A stretch of DNA of 64,000 nucleotides. Source: Candidatus Phycocordibacter aenigmaticus. GTDB taxonomy: Bacteria; Patescibacteriota; Minisyncoccia; Phycocordibacterales; UBA2163. Where the stretch lies: assembly GCA_002327585.1 (NCBI GenBank), contig DCWL01000006.1, positions 28,302-92,301 on the forward strand, read 5' to 3'. The translations under genes and the position numbers were made by a program. Below the pieces are notes generated by a model. It had not been told where the DNA came from, made no database searches, and saw nothing but the letters and a program-made list of their open reading frames with translations. This document shows, one piece after another, positions 21,040 through 30,115 of the stretch (positions are counted from its first letter, which is position 1; the number at the start of each line of letters is the position of its first letter).

Positions 21040-21408
21040 ATGTCTAAAATATTGATAGTGGAAGACGATAACTTTCTTCTAGAAATGCTTATAAAAGAAA
21101 GCAAGAAAGAAGGTTTTGATATTGAGATATCAACCGACGGAGAAGATGCGTTGAAGAAAATAAAAAGCGATAGCTTTGATGTTGTTTTGCTTGACCTTAT
21201 TCTGCCGAAACTGCACGGCCTTGATCTTTTAGAAAAAACAAAAGACATCACAAATGCTCCGCCGATAATTGTTGTTTCAAATCTTTACGATAAAGAAAGC
21301 ATAGACAAAGCGACATCTCTCGGAGCTAAAGATTATATAATAAAAGTGCAGAGTACCCCTGAAAATATTATTAAAAAGGTCAAGACCTTTTTAGCAGAAA
21401 AGGATTAG
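21040..21408 (+). CDS. response regulator receiver (CheY-like) protein
   Basis: 122 aa; ILIVEDD..VLLDLILP receiver motifs. Confidence 0.75.
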   Translation: MSKILIVEDDNFLLEMLIKESKKEGFDIEISTDGEDALKKIKSDSFDVVLLDLILPKLHGLDLLEKTKDITNAPPIIVVSNLYDKESIDKATSLGAKDYIIKVQSTPENIIKKVKTFLAEKD

Positions 21409-21415
21409 ATGATTT

Positions 21416-22657
21416 CTATTTCCTATCTCTAGGTAGTATAAAGAAAAATGTTGAACCTCCTGTATCCTCACTTATAAATCCAACTTTGCCTCTATGTTCT
21501 TCAATTATATTTTTGGCAATGAAAAGCCCGAGTCCTGACCCTTCAGTATGCATTTCTATAGCTCTCTTGTCTCTAACAAATTTTGAAAATATATCTGATT
21601 GTACTTTCTTTGATATGCCAATACCATTATCTTTAATGCTGAATTTTATATCTTTACCACTCTTTTCCAATTGAATGTTTATTTTACCTCCATCTGGAGT
21701 ATATTTTATTGCATTGTCTATAAAATTATCAATAACAATTTTTATTCTATCTTTGTCTGCTGGGACATTTGGGAATGTGGTGCTTGGTTTATGAAATACT
21801 ATTGATATCTTTTTTTTCTTAATGTCATCTTTTCTATCCTGGATTATATTCTCAACAATCGTCTGCATATTAACAGACTCTAGTTTATATATAAAGCTTC
21901 CTTCCTCCATTTCAGTAACACGTAGAAGAAGTGATGTAAGTTCTACTAATCTATCGGTGCTGTTTATTATGTTTTTGGCAAGTCTCTCTTTATTGTTATT
22001 TTTAATATTGTCATCCAAAAAGTTTGAGGCTGTCCATTTTATTTCATTCAAAGGTGTCAAGAATTTATGTGATATTATCGTCAAATATTCCGATTTCATT
22101 TTGTCTAGATGTTTCTCTCTTGAAATGTCTCGTATTATTTTTAGTATTTCACCTCTTTTTTCACTTAATTTCACACTTATTATTTTAAATACATATTCTT
22201 TTCCATATTTATCTTTAAACAAATGCTCTGCTTCATTCTCAAAATAAGGTTTCTCAAATATGGCCTTGAATAAAGAGGATTTTTTTAATAACTCAGCGGA
22301 AGTCTTGTATAGAATTTCGGAGCTAGATACTCCCAAAAATTTCTCTGCCATGCCATTAACTGCAAGAATCTTCCCTGATTTGTCATGCACTACAAGCCCC
22401 TCTACCATATTCTCAACTATTTCTTTTTGACGCTCGCGAAGTAGTTTTTTTTCATCTTCCTGTTCTGAAATCCGCGAGGTAAATAAAAAAGAGAATTTTA
22501 TGAACACAATTATAATCGCAACAACAAGCGGTATTATTAGAAAACTTACATAAGCAATCGTTGAAAAATTGCCAGGATATAAATAAAACATCGCTGCATT
22601 TATAATCCCAAATGCAAATATTCCGGCTATTATCAAATAAATATTATTTTTTATCAT
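21416..22657 (-). CDS. sensor histidine kinase (PAS + HisKA + HATPase)
   Basis: two N-terminal TM helices, H-box ISHKFLTPLNEI, G-box GSGLGLFIA; start trimmed to MIKNNIY. Confidence 0.75.
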   Translation of the reverse strand: MIKNNIYLIIAGIFAFGIINAAMFYLYPGNFSTIAYVSFLIIPLVVAIIIVFIKFSFLFTSRISEQEDEKKLLRERQKEIVENMVEGLVVHDKSGKILAVNGMAEKFLGVSSSEILYKTSAELLKKSSLFKAIFEKPYFENEAEHLFKDKYGKEYVFKIISVKLSEKRGEILKIIRDISREKHLDKMKSEYLTIISHKFLTPLNEIKWTASNFLDDNIKNNNKERLAKNIINSTDRLVELTSLLLRVTEMEEGSFIYKLESVNMQTIVENIIQDRKDDIKKKKISIVFHKPSTTFPNVPADKDRIKIVIDNFIDNAIKYTPDGGKINIQLEKSGKDIKFSIKDNGIGISKKVQSDIFSKFVRDKRAIEMHTEGSGLGLFIAKNIIEEHRGKVGFISEDTGGSTFFFILPRDRK

Positions 22658-22760
22658 ACTTAATGATACATTAAATCTATCATAAAAAGATACTCTTCTG
22701 AAACAAAATACACACAACGATATGTTGTGTGTATTTAAAGCATGTGAAATTAGGAATAAA

Positions 22761-23216
22761 TTATACCGTTCTCGCTCCTATTTTACCGCGAGCTTTTGCA
22801 AGCTTATACAATCCCAAAATTACAAGAATAAATCCAAGTCCTACACCAAGCGCGTGTGCAATCGATGATCCTGCTGGTCCTAAAAATGAAGGGAATGCCT
22901 CTACTCCTGTATACATCCATACAAGAATATGGGTATCTCCAACACCGTAGAGTAGTACACCCCATGCTATAAAGTAAAATGCTGACTGAAATACAGTTCC
23001 TTTAAATATACGCGCTACCAAATATGCCACTAATGCTGTCATAACAAGAAGAGTAATCTCTACTAAAAGAGTCACGAATACTTCAGGTATCCCATTTGGG
23101 CTTACATTAAAAAATGTACCAACTTTCTCATAAGAAAGCATTACCGGAAATACTAAGATCAAGTCAATAACAATAACAGTGATAATAATTGATTTTAATT
23201 TTGAAATACCATTCAT
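22761..23216 (-). CDS. hypothetical membrane protein
   Basis: 151 aa, 4 TM helices. Confidence 0.45.
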   Translation of the reverse strand: MNGISKLKSIIITVIVIDLILVFPVMLSYEKVGTFFNVSPNGIPEVFVTLLVEITLLVMTALVAYLVARIFKGTVFQSAFYFIAWGVLLYGVGDTHILVWMYTGVEAFPSFLGPAGSSIAHALGVGLGFILVILGLYKLAKARGKIGARTV

Positions 23217-23374
23217 AAATATAAAACTTTAAATATTATCTAACAATCATTTTCGACCATTAGACTTCTTATAAGAAGCCTGTGCCTTTAAAGAAATTAT
23301 CTCATATTGAGGTTTAGAATAGCAATAAAGTTATCCTACTGCGACATATTAATATCCATATTCATTTTATTGTC

Positions 23375-24487
23375 CTATTCTAAGGTTTTTATAAGGTCGG
23401 GCCGATCTTCTTTTGAAACTATAAGTTCACCTATTGCACCTCTATCAATTGCCTTTGCAAGGGTATGGCTAACTAAATGTAATACCCCTGGAACCTCCGT
23501 TGTTTTTTCAACCACAACAGCACCCCCTGCAGGGATGAGGGTTGTTTGCACATTTTTAAGAGGAGGTGATGTTAGATCTCCTTGTGTATATACAGAATCA
23601 AATATTTCGCCAATTATGTGAAAACTTGAAATTTTTTGCCCGCTGTTGCCAAAAAATATTCTTACGGTTTCTCCAGTATTTGAAGTAAGTGCCCTGTCTC
23701 CTTTAAGTGCTCCTATACGGCCGTTAAATATGTAGTATTCAGGTTGTTCTCTTAATAGTTTTTTCTTGCTTAATTCTTGAAATCCTTTATCTTCAAAATC
23801 ACCTTTAGTATAAAGTTCACCCTGCATTACATAATATTCTTTATCTACCTTAGGCAGCCCACCTTCAGGCTCAACAAGTATCATTCCATACATTCCGCGT
23901 GCAAGATGTGTTGGAACATGGGAACTTCCACAATGATAAATGTAAATACCTGGACGTGTTGTTTTAAACTCAAAAGATTTTGTCTCCCCTGGTGCAACTT
24001 TTATTAATTCTGCACCACCCATAAAGCCAAGCGCCGCATGGAAGTCAACCGAATGTTCTCCTTGGCCAGCTTTTATGTGAACATCTTGTGGATTTGATCT
24101 GACGCGAGAAAGATCATGCGAATGACCTTTCATAGGCGAATCTTTGGGAATATGCGTCAGTTGAACTTCAACTATATCTCCCTGCCTCACACGGACAAAT
24201 GGTCCTGGAACCCTTCTGTTGTATGTCCAATATTCAAATGTCTTTCCGTTGTCAAATTCTGCTATTTCCGAAATAACTTCAAGTTCTATTTTAACGCGCT
24301 CTGAATAGTCTCTTTCAATCGGCGGAGGGAGATCATCTGCCCGTCTTGCTATTTCATCTATGCCAACGACTCTTGCTTTTTTAAACGCTTCGATAAAAGA
24401 AAAATACCCCATTAAAATACTAAAAATAATAATTAGGAAAAATGGGATAGTAAGAAGTATTTCTTTCCTCCTCTCGATTTTGTTCAT
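23375..24487 (-). CDS. copper-containing nitrite reductase (NirK)-like multicopper oxidase
   Basis: 370 aa; HSVDFHAALG (cf. NirK HNxDFHAATG), YHCGSSHVPTHLARGMYG type-1 Cu region, N-terminal TM anchor. Confidence 0.65.
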   Translation of the reverse strand: MNKIERRKEILLTIPFFLIIIFSILMGYFSFIEAFKKARVVGIDEIARRADDLPPPIERDYSERVKIELEVISEIAEFDNGKTFEYWTYNRRVPGPFVRVRQGDIVEVQLTHIPKDSPMKGHSHDLSRVRSNPQDVHIKAGQGEHSVDFHAALGFMGGAELIKVAPGETKSFEFKTTRPGIYIYHCGSSHVPTHLARGMYGMILVEPEGGLPKVDKEYYVMQGELYTKGDFEDKGFQELSKKKLLREQPEYYIFNGRIGALKGDRALTSNTGETVRIFFGNSGQKISSFHIIGEIFDSVYTQGDLTSPPLKNVQTTLIPAGGAVVVEKTTEVPGVLHLVSHTLAKAIDRGAIGELIVSKEDRPDLIKTLE

Positions 24488-24670
24488 ATCTATACTTTAT
24501 ATCACTTATACAACAATTCAACAAAAGAAATTTGTTTTCAAAACATTGCATGATAATATATATATACGTGCAGAGCAATTCTTACACAATATCTTTCTGC
24601 CTTCAGATAGATAATATATAATTATTCTAAAGGGTGTATAAATACAATCAAATCTTAATTTAAAAACACT

Positions 24671-25135
24671 ATGGCAATACAACTTCAGTGGAGTGCGTTT
24701 GAGCATGAGCATATACATAAAAATTCCGACTGGTTCTGGGCTCTAGGAATTGTTGCTATTGCCGGAGCAGTAATGGCAATTATTTTCAACAATATATTGT
24801 TTGCAATCGTAATTTTACTCGGCGCTTTTGTGCTTGGAATACATGCATCAAAAAGACCAAACCGTGTAGACTTTAAAATAATTCAGCGTGGCATCGTCAT
24901 CGGCAATGTCCTGCATCCATATTCATCATTGGAATCATTCTGGGTTGAAGATGTAGATGAAAATACAGCTCCAAAGCTTTTAATAAAATCAAAAAAACTT
25001 CTTGCTCCTCATATTATTATCCCAATAGAGGATGTATCTCCAAATGATGTGCGCAATTATCTTTTAGAATATTTAGTTGAAGAAGAAGATAGTGAATCTC
25101 TCGTGCAGAAAATCATGGAATTCTTCGGCTTTTAA
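24671..25135 (+). CDS. hypothetical membrane protein
   Basis: 154 aa, two TM helices. Confidence 0.45.
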   Translation: MAIQLQWSAFEHEHIHKNSDWFWALGIVAIAGAVMAIIFNNILFAIVILLGAFVLGIHASKRPNRVDFKIIQRGIVIGNVLHPYSSLESFWVEDVDENTAPKLLIKSKKLLAPHIIIPIEDVSPNDVRNYLLEYLVEEEDSESLVQKIMEFFGF

Positions 25136-25140
25136 TGCTA

Positions 25141-25212
25141 TCCTCCTGACAGGAATTGAACCTGTATTACGGGCTCCGCAAGCCCGCGTTCTATCCATTA
25201 AACTACAGGAGG
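25141..25212 (-). tRNA. tRNA with anticodon GCG (Arg-decoding; atypical)
   Basis: hand fold: acceptor CCTCCTG/CAGGAGG (C1:G72), anticodon stem CGGGC/GCCCG, loop TTGCGGA, T-loop TTCAATT. Confidence 0.55.
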
Positions 25213-25217
25213 GCACT

Positions 25218-25475
25218 TTAATTATTTATAAATTTTATCAGGCGGGATTTTTTGCGTGCAGCAGTATTTTTCTTTATAACTCCCCTTTTTGCCGCTTTGT
25301 CAATCGCTTTGTACGCTTTCCCAAGAAGAGCTGTTGCTTCTTCTTTCTTTTTATCTCCAGCAAGCTTTCTTATTTCTTTTACCGTATCCCTTAGGGTATT
25401 CATCCGACGCAGATTAAAAACGCGCTTCCGCGCTGAGCTTCTTATTGCCTTTTTTGCCGATTTTGTTATTGCCAT
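25218..25475 (-). CDS. rpsT: 30S ribosomal protein S20
   Basis: 85 aa; AITKSAKKAIR..AARKKSRL. Confidence 0.85.
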   Translation of the reverse strand: MAITKSAKKAIRSSARKRVFNLRRMNTLRDTVKEIRKLAGDKKKEEATALLGKAYKAIDKAAKRGVIKKNTAARKKSRLIKFINN

Positions 25476-25602
25476 ATTCTAGCTTATAGCTTTTAGCTTC
25501 ATTAACTAATTAGCTTTTCAGTACTTTATCAGCAATAATCTTAAAATGCAAGGTTTAGGTAGTATACTTGATACTTAATACCTAATACTTCATACTTAAC
25601 CC

Positions 25603-26187
25603 ATGATTGCCCAGCTTAAAGGAGAAATAGCTGAAATAACAGGTAATTCCATTGTGCTTCTTGTAGGTGGCGTAGGATATAAAGTCAATATGACGATTGA
25701 GACAATAAAGAAGATCCGCGATTCTGGAAGTCCTGTGATTTCACTAAAAACACACTTAGCTGTCCGTGAGACATCGCTTGATCTTTATGGATTTCTGGAA
25801 AATGAAGAGCTTAAGTTTTTTGAGATGCTTATATCAATATCAGGAATAGGCCCAAAGTCGGGGCTTGCAATTCTCTCTGTCGCGGATGTTTCAACTCTTA
25901 AAACCGCTGTATCCTCAGGCGAAAGTACATATTTAACAAAGGTCTCAGGTATTGGCCGAAAGAGCGCGGAGAAAATTATAATTGAGCTTAGAGATAAACT
26001 CGACTCAACAGAGAGCAGGGGCGACAGCTCAATGATTAAAGATGAAATAGAAACGCTTGAAGCTCTTCAGGCTCTTGGATACTCAACAAGAGAAGCACGT
26101 GAGGCAATGAAGAAAATCGGTAAAGGAACTGTTGGGGCAAGCGACCGACTAAAAGAGGTACTTAAAATACTCGGCAATCAAACATGA
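25603..26187 (+). CDS. ruvA: Holliday junction helicase subunit RuvA
   Basis: 194 aa; MIAQLKGEI..VGGVGYKV, HhH motif SGIGPKSG. Confidence 0.88.
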   Translation: MIAQLKGEIAEITGNSIVLLVGGVGYKVNMTIETIKKIRDSGSPVISLKTHLAVRETSLDLYGFLENEELKFFEMLISISGIGPKSGLAILSVADVSTLKTAVSSGESTYLTKVSGIGRKSAEKIIIELRDKLDSTESRGDSSMIKDEIETLEALQALGYSTREAREAMKKIGKGTVGASDRLKEVLKILGNQT

Positions 26188-27452
26188 TAGAAAATATTTT
26201 AAGTTTGGGGAAGAAAATCATTCCGACAAAGATTTTCCATACAGTTCAGCCTGTATATCACTTTTTAATGGCATTTTTTGGAGCCTTATATTATAGATTT
26301 CCCTCGCGAAAAATTTTTATCATAGGTGTAACGGGAACAAAAGGAAAAACAACGATAACAGAATTGATAAACGCCATCCTGGAAAACGCTGGAGAAAAAG
26401 TCGCACTTCTAAACACAATTCGCTTCAAAATCAGAAATAAAGAAGAAAAAAATCTTTTTAAAATGACAATGCCAGGGCGATTTTTTATACAAAGATTTCT
26501 CTACAGTGCGGTAAATGCACATTGCAAATATGCAGTAATAGAAATGACATCAGAAGGTGCCAAGCAGTTCAGGCATAAATTCATCGCGCTTGACTCACTT
26601 ATATTTACTAACATCGCGCCCGAGCATATTGAATCGCATGGCTCGTTTGAAAACTATCTGAATGCAAAATTAAAAATAGCGCACTCTCTTGAGAACTCTC
26701 CAAAGAAAAATAAGATAGTGATAGTAAACAGTGACGACAAATACGGCGAGAAGTTTTTGAAAGTCTTGGTTAAAAATAAAATACCGTTTTCTCTTAAAAA
26801 CGCTGAGCCGTATATTCTTTCTGAAAAATTTACAGAAATAACATTTGACGGACTGAAAATTCACTTAAAACTCGTCGGAACATTCAGTATATACAACGTA
26901 CTTGCCGCAATAAACTTTGCAAAAAGCCAAAATATAAGTTTTAATATTATAAAAAACACGCTTGAAAAATTTGAGGGAGTTAAAGGCAGAGTTGAGAGAA
27001 TAGACGAGGGGCAGGATTTTACCGTGATAGTGGACTACGCACATACAAAAGAATCTTTAGAAGAACTCTGCAAAGCATTCGGCAAATCAGAGAAAATTTG
27101 TGTCCTTGGAAGCACCGGTGGAGGAAGAGATAAATGGAAAAGGCCTGAGATGGGTAAGATTGCTGATAATTATTGCAAGCATATAATTCTTACAAACGAA
27201 GACCCTTATGACGAGGACCCTGTGCGAATTATAGAAAATGTGGCGGAAGGGATAATTAAAAATAACCCTGAGATAATAATTGACAGAAGAGAGGCAATAA
27301 AAAAAGCATTAACATCTGCAGAAAAAACCGATATAGTATTGATAACAGGAAAAGGAACCGACCCTTATATAATGGAGTCAAATGGTAAAAAAACACCGTG
27401 GAGCGACGCTGAGGTCGCAAGAGAAGAACTCCGTCTATTAATTAATAAATAA
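26184..27452 (+). CDS. Mur ligase family protein (MurE-like)
   Basis: 422 aa; IGVTGTKGKTT P-loop, DYAHTKESL, C-terminal GKGTDPY...W.D. Confidence 0.6.
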   Translation: MIENILSLGKKIIPTKIFHTVQPVYHFLMAFFGALYYRFPSRKIFIIGVTGTKGKTTITELINAILENAGEKVALLNTIRFKIRNKEEKNLFKMTMPGRFFIQRFLYSAVNAHCKYAVIEMTSEGAKQFRHKFIALDSLIFTNIAPEHIESHGSFENYLNAKLKIAHSLENSPKKNKIVIVNSDDKYGEKFLKVLVKNKIPFSLKNAEPYILSEKFTEITFDGLKIHLKLVGTFSIYNVLAAINFAKSQNISFNIIKNTLEKFEGVKGRVERIDEGQDFTVIVDYAHTKESLEELCKAFGKSEKICVLGSTGGGRDKWKRPEMGKIADNYCKHIILTNEDPYDEDPVRIIENVAEGIIKNNPEIIIDRREAIKKALTSAEKTDIVLITGKGTDPYIMESNGKKTPWSDAEVAREELRLLINK

Positions 27453-27459
27453 AAATATC

Positions 27460-28374
27460 GTGGGAGCAAAAGGAGACCTTATATTGGTAATACTTATAAT
27501 AACGGGACTTGGTATTGTCTGGCTTTTTACAGGTGGGCCAGAGCGAGAGCGCCTTGATACAGGAATATTCTTGAAGCCTCCTCCTCCGCTTGGATCAGGC
27601 GAGAAATACGGAAAGTTTGGAGTTTCTATTGAAAAAGTAAGGAACAATTTAGATGAAGTGTCAGAGGAACTGGAAGATATACAGGCGCGGGGGGAATTTT
27701 CAAAATACGAAGATAAAATAACAATTGGAAAAAAAGCTTCAGGACCAAAAAAGGATTCCGCTCAGGAAGAGTATGTAATTCTGTCAGCTTCACGGAGAAA
27801 TGCAGAAAATATTTCCATTACGGGATGGAAACTTGAAAGTATGATTTCAAAAAAGAAGATGGTTATAGGCGGAGCGGTTGAGGTGTTCAGGTCGGGTGTT
27901 ATAAATGCCGAGCCACCGATATCTCTTAAAGCAGGGGAGGAAGTAATCATTTCAACCGGCCGTTCTCCAATAGGCGCATCATTTAAGATGAATAAATGTG
28001 TAGGATATTTTGAGCAATTTCAAGATTTCTCGCCGAGCTTGAGAAAGAACTGCCCAAGTCCGTTGGATGAATTTGATAAATTCGCAAACATGCCACCAAG
28101 TGATTTTACTTGCAAGGACATTGTAAAAAGTCTTAGCTGGTGCGAGATGCCCATTGATGCGCTTCCCTTAGGGACGACGAATAGTTGCAGTGAGTTCATA
28201 TCGAAAAATATAAACTACACGGGGTGCGTAAAAAACCATAGAAATGATCTAGATTTTATAGGAGATGAGTGGAGAGTTTTCCTTGGAAGAAGCGGGGAAA
28301 TATGGAGGGAAAAGCGCGAAATCATACGGCTTCTGGATAATGAAGGGAAGATTGTAGATATATACACTTATTAA
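27460..28374 (+). CDS. membrane-anchored lamin-tail-domain (LTD)-like protein with Cys-rich C-terminal region
   Basis: 304 aa; N-terminal TM; EEYVILSASRRNAENISITGWKL LTD-like core; 8 Cys in C-terminal 120 aa. Confidence 0.45.
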   Translation: MGAKGDLILVILIITGLGIVWLFTGGPERERLDTGIFLKPPPPLGSGEKYGKFGVSIEKVRNNLDEVSEELEDIQARGEFSKYEDKITIGKKASGPKKDSAQEEYVILSASRRNAENISITGWKLESMISKKKMVIGGAVEVFRSGVINAEPPISLKAGEEVIISTGRSPIGASFKMNKCVGYFEQFQDFSPSLRKNCPSPLDEFDKFANMPPSDFTCKDIVKSLSWCEMPIDALPLGTTNSCSEFISKNINYTGCVKNHRNDLDFIGDEWRVFLGRSGEIWREKREIIRLLDNEGKIVDIYTY

Positions 28375-28859
28375 ATATTAAGAACTCTGAAAATAAAAAC
28401 TCCTACTGCAACAGAAACATTGAGTGATTCTTTTCTGCCAAGCATTTTAATTTGCACAATTTGATCACACTTTTTTAAAATTAATTTTGAGAGTCCTTTT
28501 ACTTCATTTCCGAAAATAAATGCTGTAGGAAATTTTATTTTAAGTTTCTTGTAATCAATTGCATTTTCTCTCTGTTCAACTGCGATTATTTTAAATTCAT
28601 CTTTTTTGATTTTTTTTATAAGAGAATCTATTGATTTAATATGTTCCCACTCTATAGATTTTTCCGCGCCAAGCGCAGTCTTTGCTAAATCCTTCCTTGC
28701 TCTCCCAAAACGGTCCACGGGCGTAGGTGTATAGCCAGTTAGATAAATTTTTGAAATACCTGCAGCATCTGCAGTTCTAAAAATAGCGCCGATATTATGA
28801 ACGCTTCTAATGTTATGAAGTATTAAACAAGCTTTAGCCATAGAAAATATTATATACAA
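28371..28859 (-). CDS. SpoU/TrmH-family RNA 2'-O-methyltransferase
   Basis: 162 aa; HNIGAIFRTADAAG motif. Confidence 0.75.
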   Translation of the reverse strand: MYIIFSMAKACLILHNIRSVHNIGAIFRTADAAGISKIYLTGYTPTPVDRFGRARKDLAKTALGAEKSIEWEHIKSIDSLIKKIKKDEFKIIAVEQRENAIDYKKLKIKFPTAFIFGNEVKGLSKLILKKCDQIVQIKMLGRKESLNVSVAVGVFIFRVLNI

Positions 28860-28876
28860 ATGCTACAATATTACTA

Positions 28877-29290
28877 ATGTTAAATACATTTCCAAATCTA
28901 TTGTTTTTAGGGCTTCTCTCGCCATTTTTAATCCGCATCACAGTCGGCCTAATGTTTCTTTGGATAGGATATTCTTATTTATTCAAAGATAGAGTTACGG
29001 CTACAAATCAAGTTGCAAACAGATGGCCTAAATTGGCAATATCCATTGTATGGTTCGGCGGAATACTTGAAATTATCACTGGTTTTTTTCTTATAGCAGG
29101 ATTTCTGACGCAGATTGCCGCAATCGCAGGAGTCTTGATTGCAATTGACGCACTGTTTGTAAAGTGGCTGTACAAAGATCTGAATAAGGTGGCAAAATAC
29201 AGTAAAATGTTTTACATTCTTATGCTTGTTGCATCTTTATCTCTTATTTTCTCTGGAGCAGGCGCATTCGCGTTTGATTTACCTCTATAA
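28877..29290 (+). CDS. DoxX-family membrane protein
   Basis: 137 aa, 4 TM helices. Confidence 0.5.
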   Translation: MLNTFPNLLFLGLLSPFLIRITVGLMFLWIGYSYLFKDRVTATNQVANRWPKLAISIVWFGGILEIITGFFLIAGFLTQIAAIAGVLIAIDALFVKWLYKDLNKVAKYSKMFYILMLVASLSLIFSGAGAFAFDLPL

Positions 29291-29321
29291 TAGTGGTATT
29301 ATTTTTCTTGTCTTAATTTAA

Positions 29322-29395
29322 CCGCCCATAGCTCAGTTTGGTAGAGCACCTGCCTTTTAAGCAGAGGGTCGTAGGTTCGAGTCCTACTGGGCGGA
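29322..29395 (+). tRNA. tRNA-Lys (TTT)
   Basis: anticodon loop CTTTTAA; acceptor CCGCCCA/TGGGCGG (C1:G72), discriminator A. Confidence 0.8.
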
Positions 29396-29398
29396 CAA

Positions 29399-30115
29399 TT
29401 ATATTCCTAAAATAAATCTCTCTAGTGCCGTGTCCATTTCATGTATTCCTTTTCTGGTATCGTGATACAAAGATACAAGTGAGTTGGAAAACTTTTTAAG
29501 TTCACTTTCAGAATAGTTTTTCAGAAATCCAAAGGATTTTCTGAATACAAATGGGTTAAGCCCTGATTCCATAGCACTTTGTGCATTCAAAGAGAGTATT
29601 ATACTCTTAATCTGCCAGAATAAAATTCCATGAATTTCTTCATCTGAAACATTATTTAGTTTTGCTTTCTGATACAAAACCCAAAGTCCTTTCTTGTCTC
29701 TTCTGCCAAAAGCATTAGTTAGTGAGAATATATCAAACTTCTTTTTTTCAACTATACTTTTTTTACTGAACTTTTGTATCTTCTCTGCGTATTTTTTAAA
29801 CCTGTTAAGTTCCGTCTTGTTTAATTTCTCTTCAAGGAAAATAAAAATATTTTGTGACTGTGAAATCTCTTTTAATTTTTTCAAAATCGCATCTTTCATC
29901 TGTTTTTCCTCAAATAAATTGTCAAAAACAATTACATATTTATTTTTAAAAAGTCCTTGTCCTCCTATAAACTCAGTAATTCTTTCTTCATCAAAATTCT
30001 CCGTATCAACGCGTATAAAAGATGCGTCCGGTTTTTTTACAAACATACTATTCAAAAGCGTATGCAATTTTTTTCGCGATTCTATTGTATCTGTACCATA
30101 TAAAAGATATATCAT
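29399..30115 (-). CDS. holA: DNA polymerase III delta subunit (HolA)-like
   Basis: N-terminus LLYGTDTIESRKKL typical of delta; start trimmed to MIYLLYG giving 4-nt overlap with polA stop. Confidence 0.55.
   Translation of the reverse strand: MIYLLYGTDTIESRKKLHTLLNSMFVKKPDASFIRVDTENFDEERITEFIGGQGLFKNKYVIVFDNLFEEKQMKDAILKKLKEISQSQNIFIFLEEKLNKTELNRFKKYAEKIQKFSKKSIVEKKKFDIFSLTNAFGRRDKKGLWVLYQKAKLNNVSDEEIHGILFWQIKSIILSLNAQSAMESGLNPFVFRKSFGFLKNYSESELKKFSNSLVSLYHDTRKGIHEMDTALERFILGI

Noticed and set aside
25077-25394. 105-aa plus-strand ORF spanning the tRNA at 25141..25212 and rpsT
   Set aside because: Overlaps a tRNA and a conserved ribosomal protein gene on the opposite strand.
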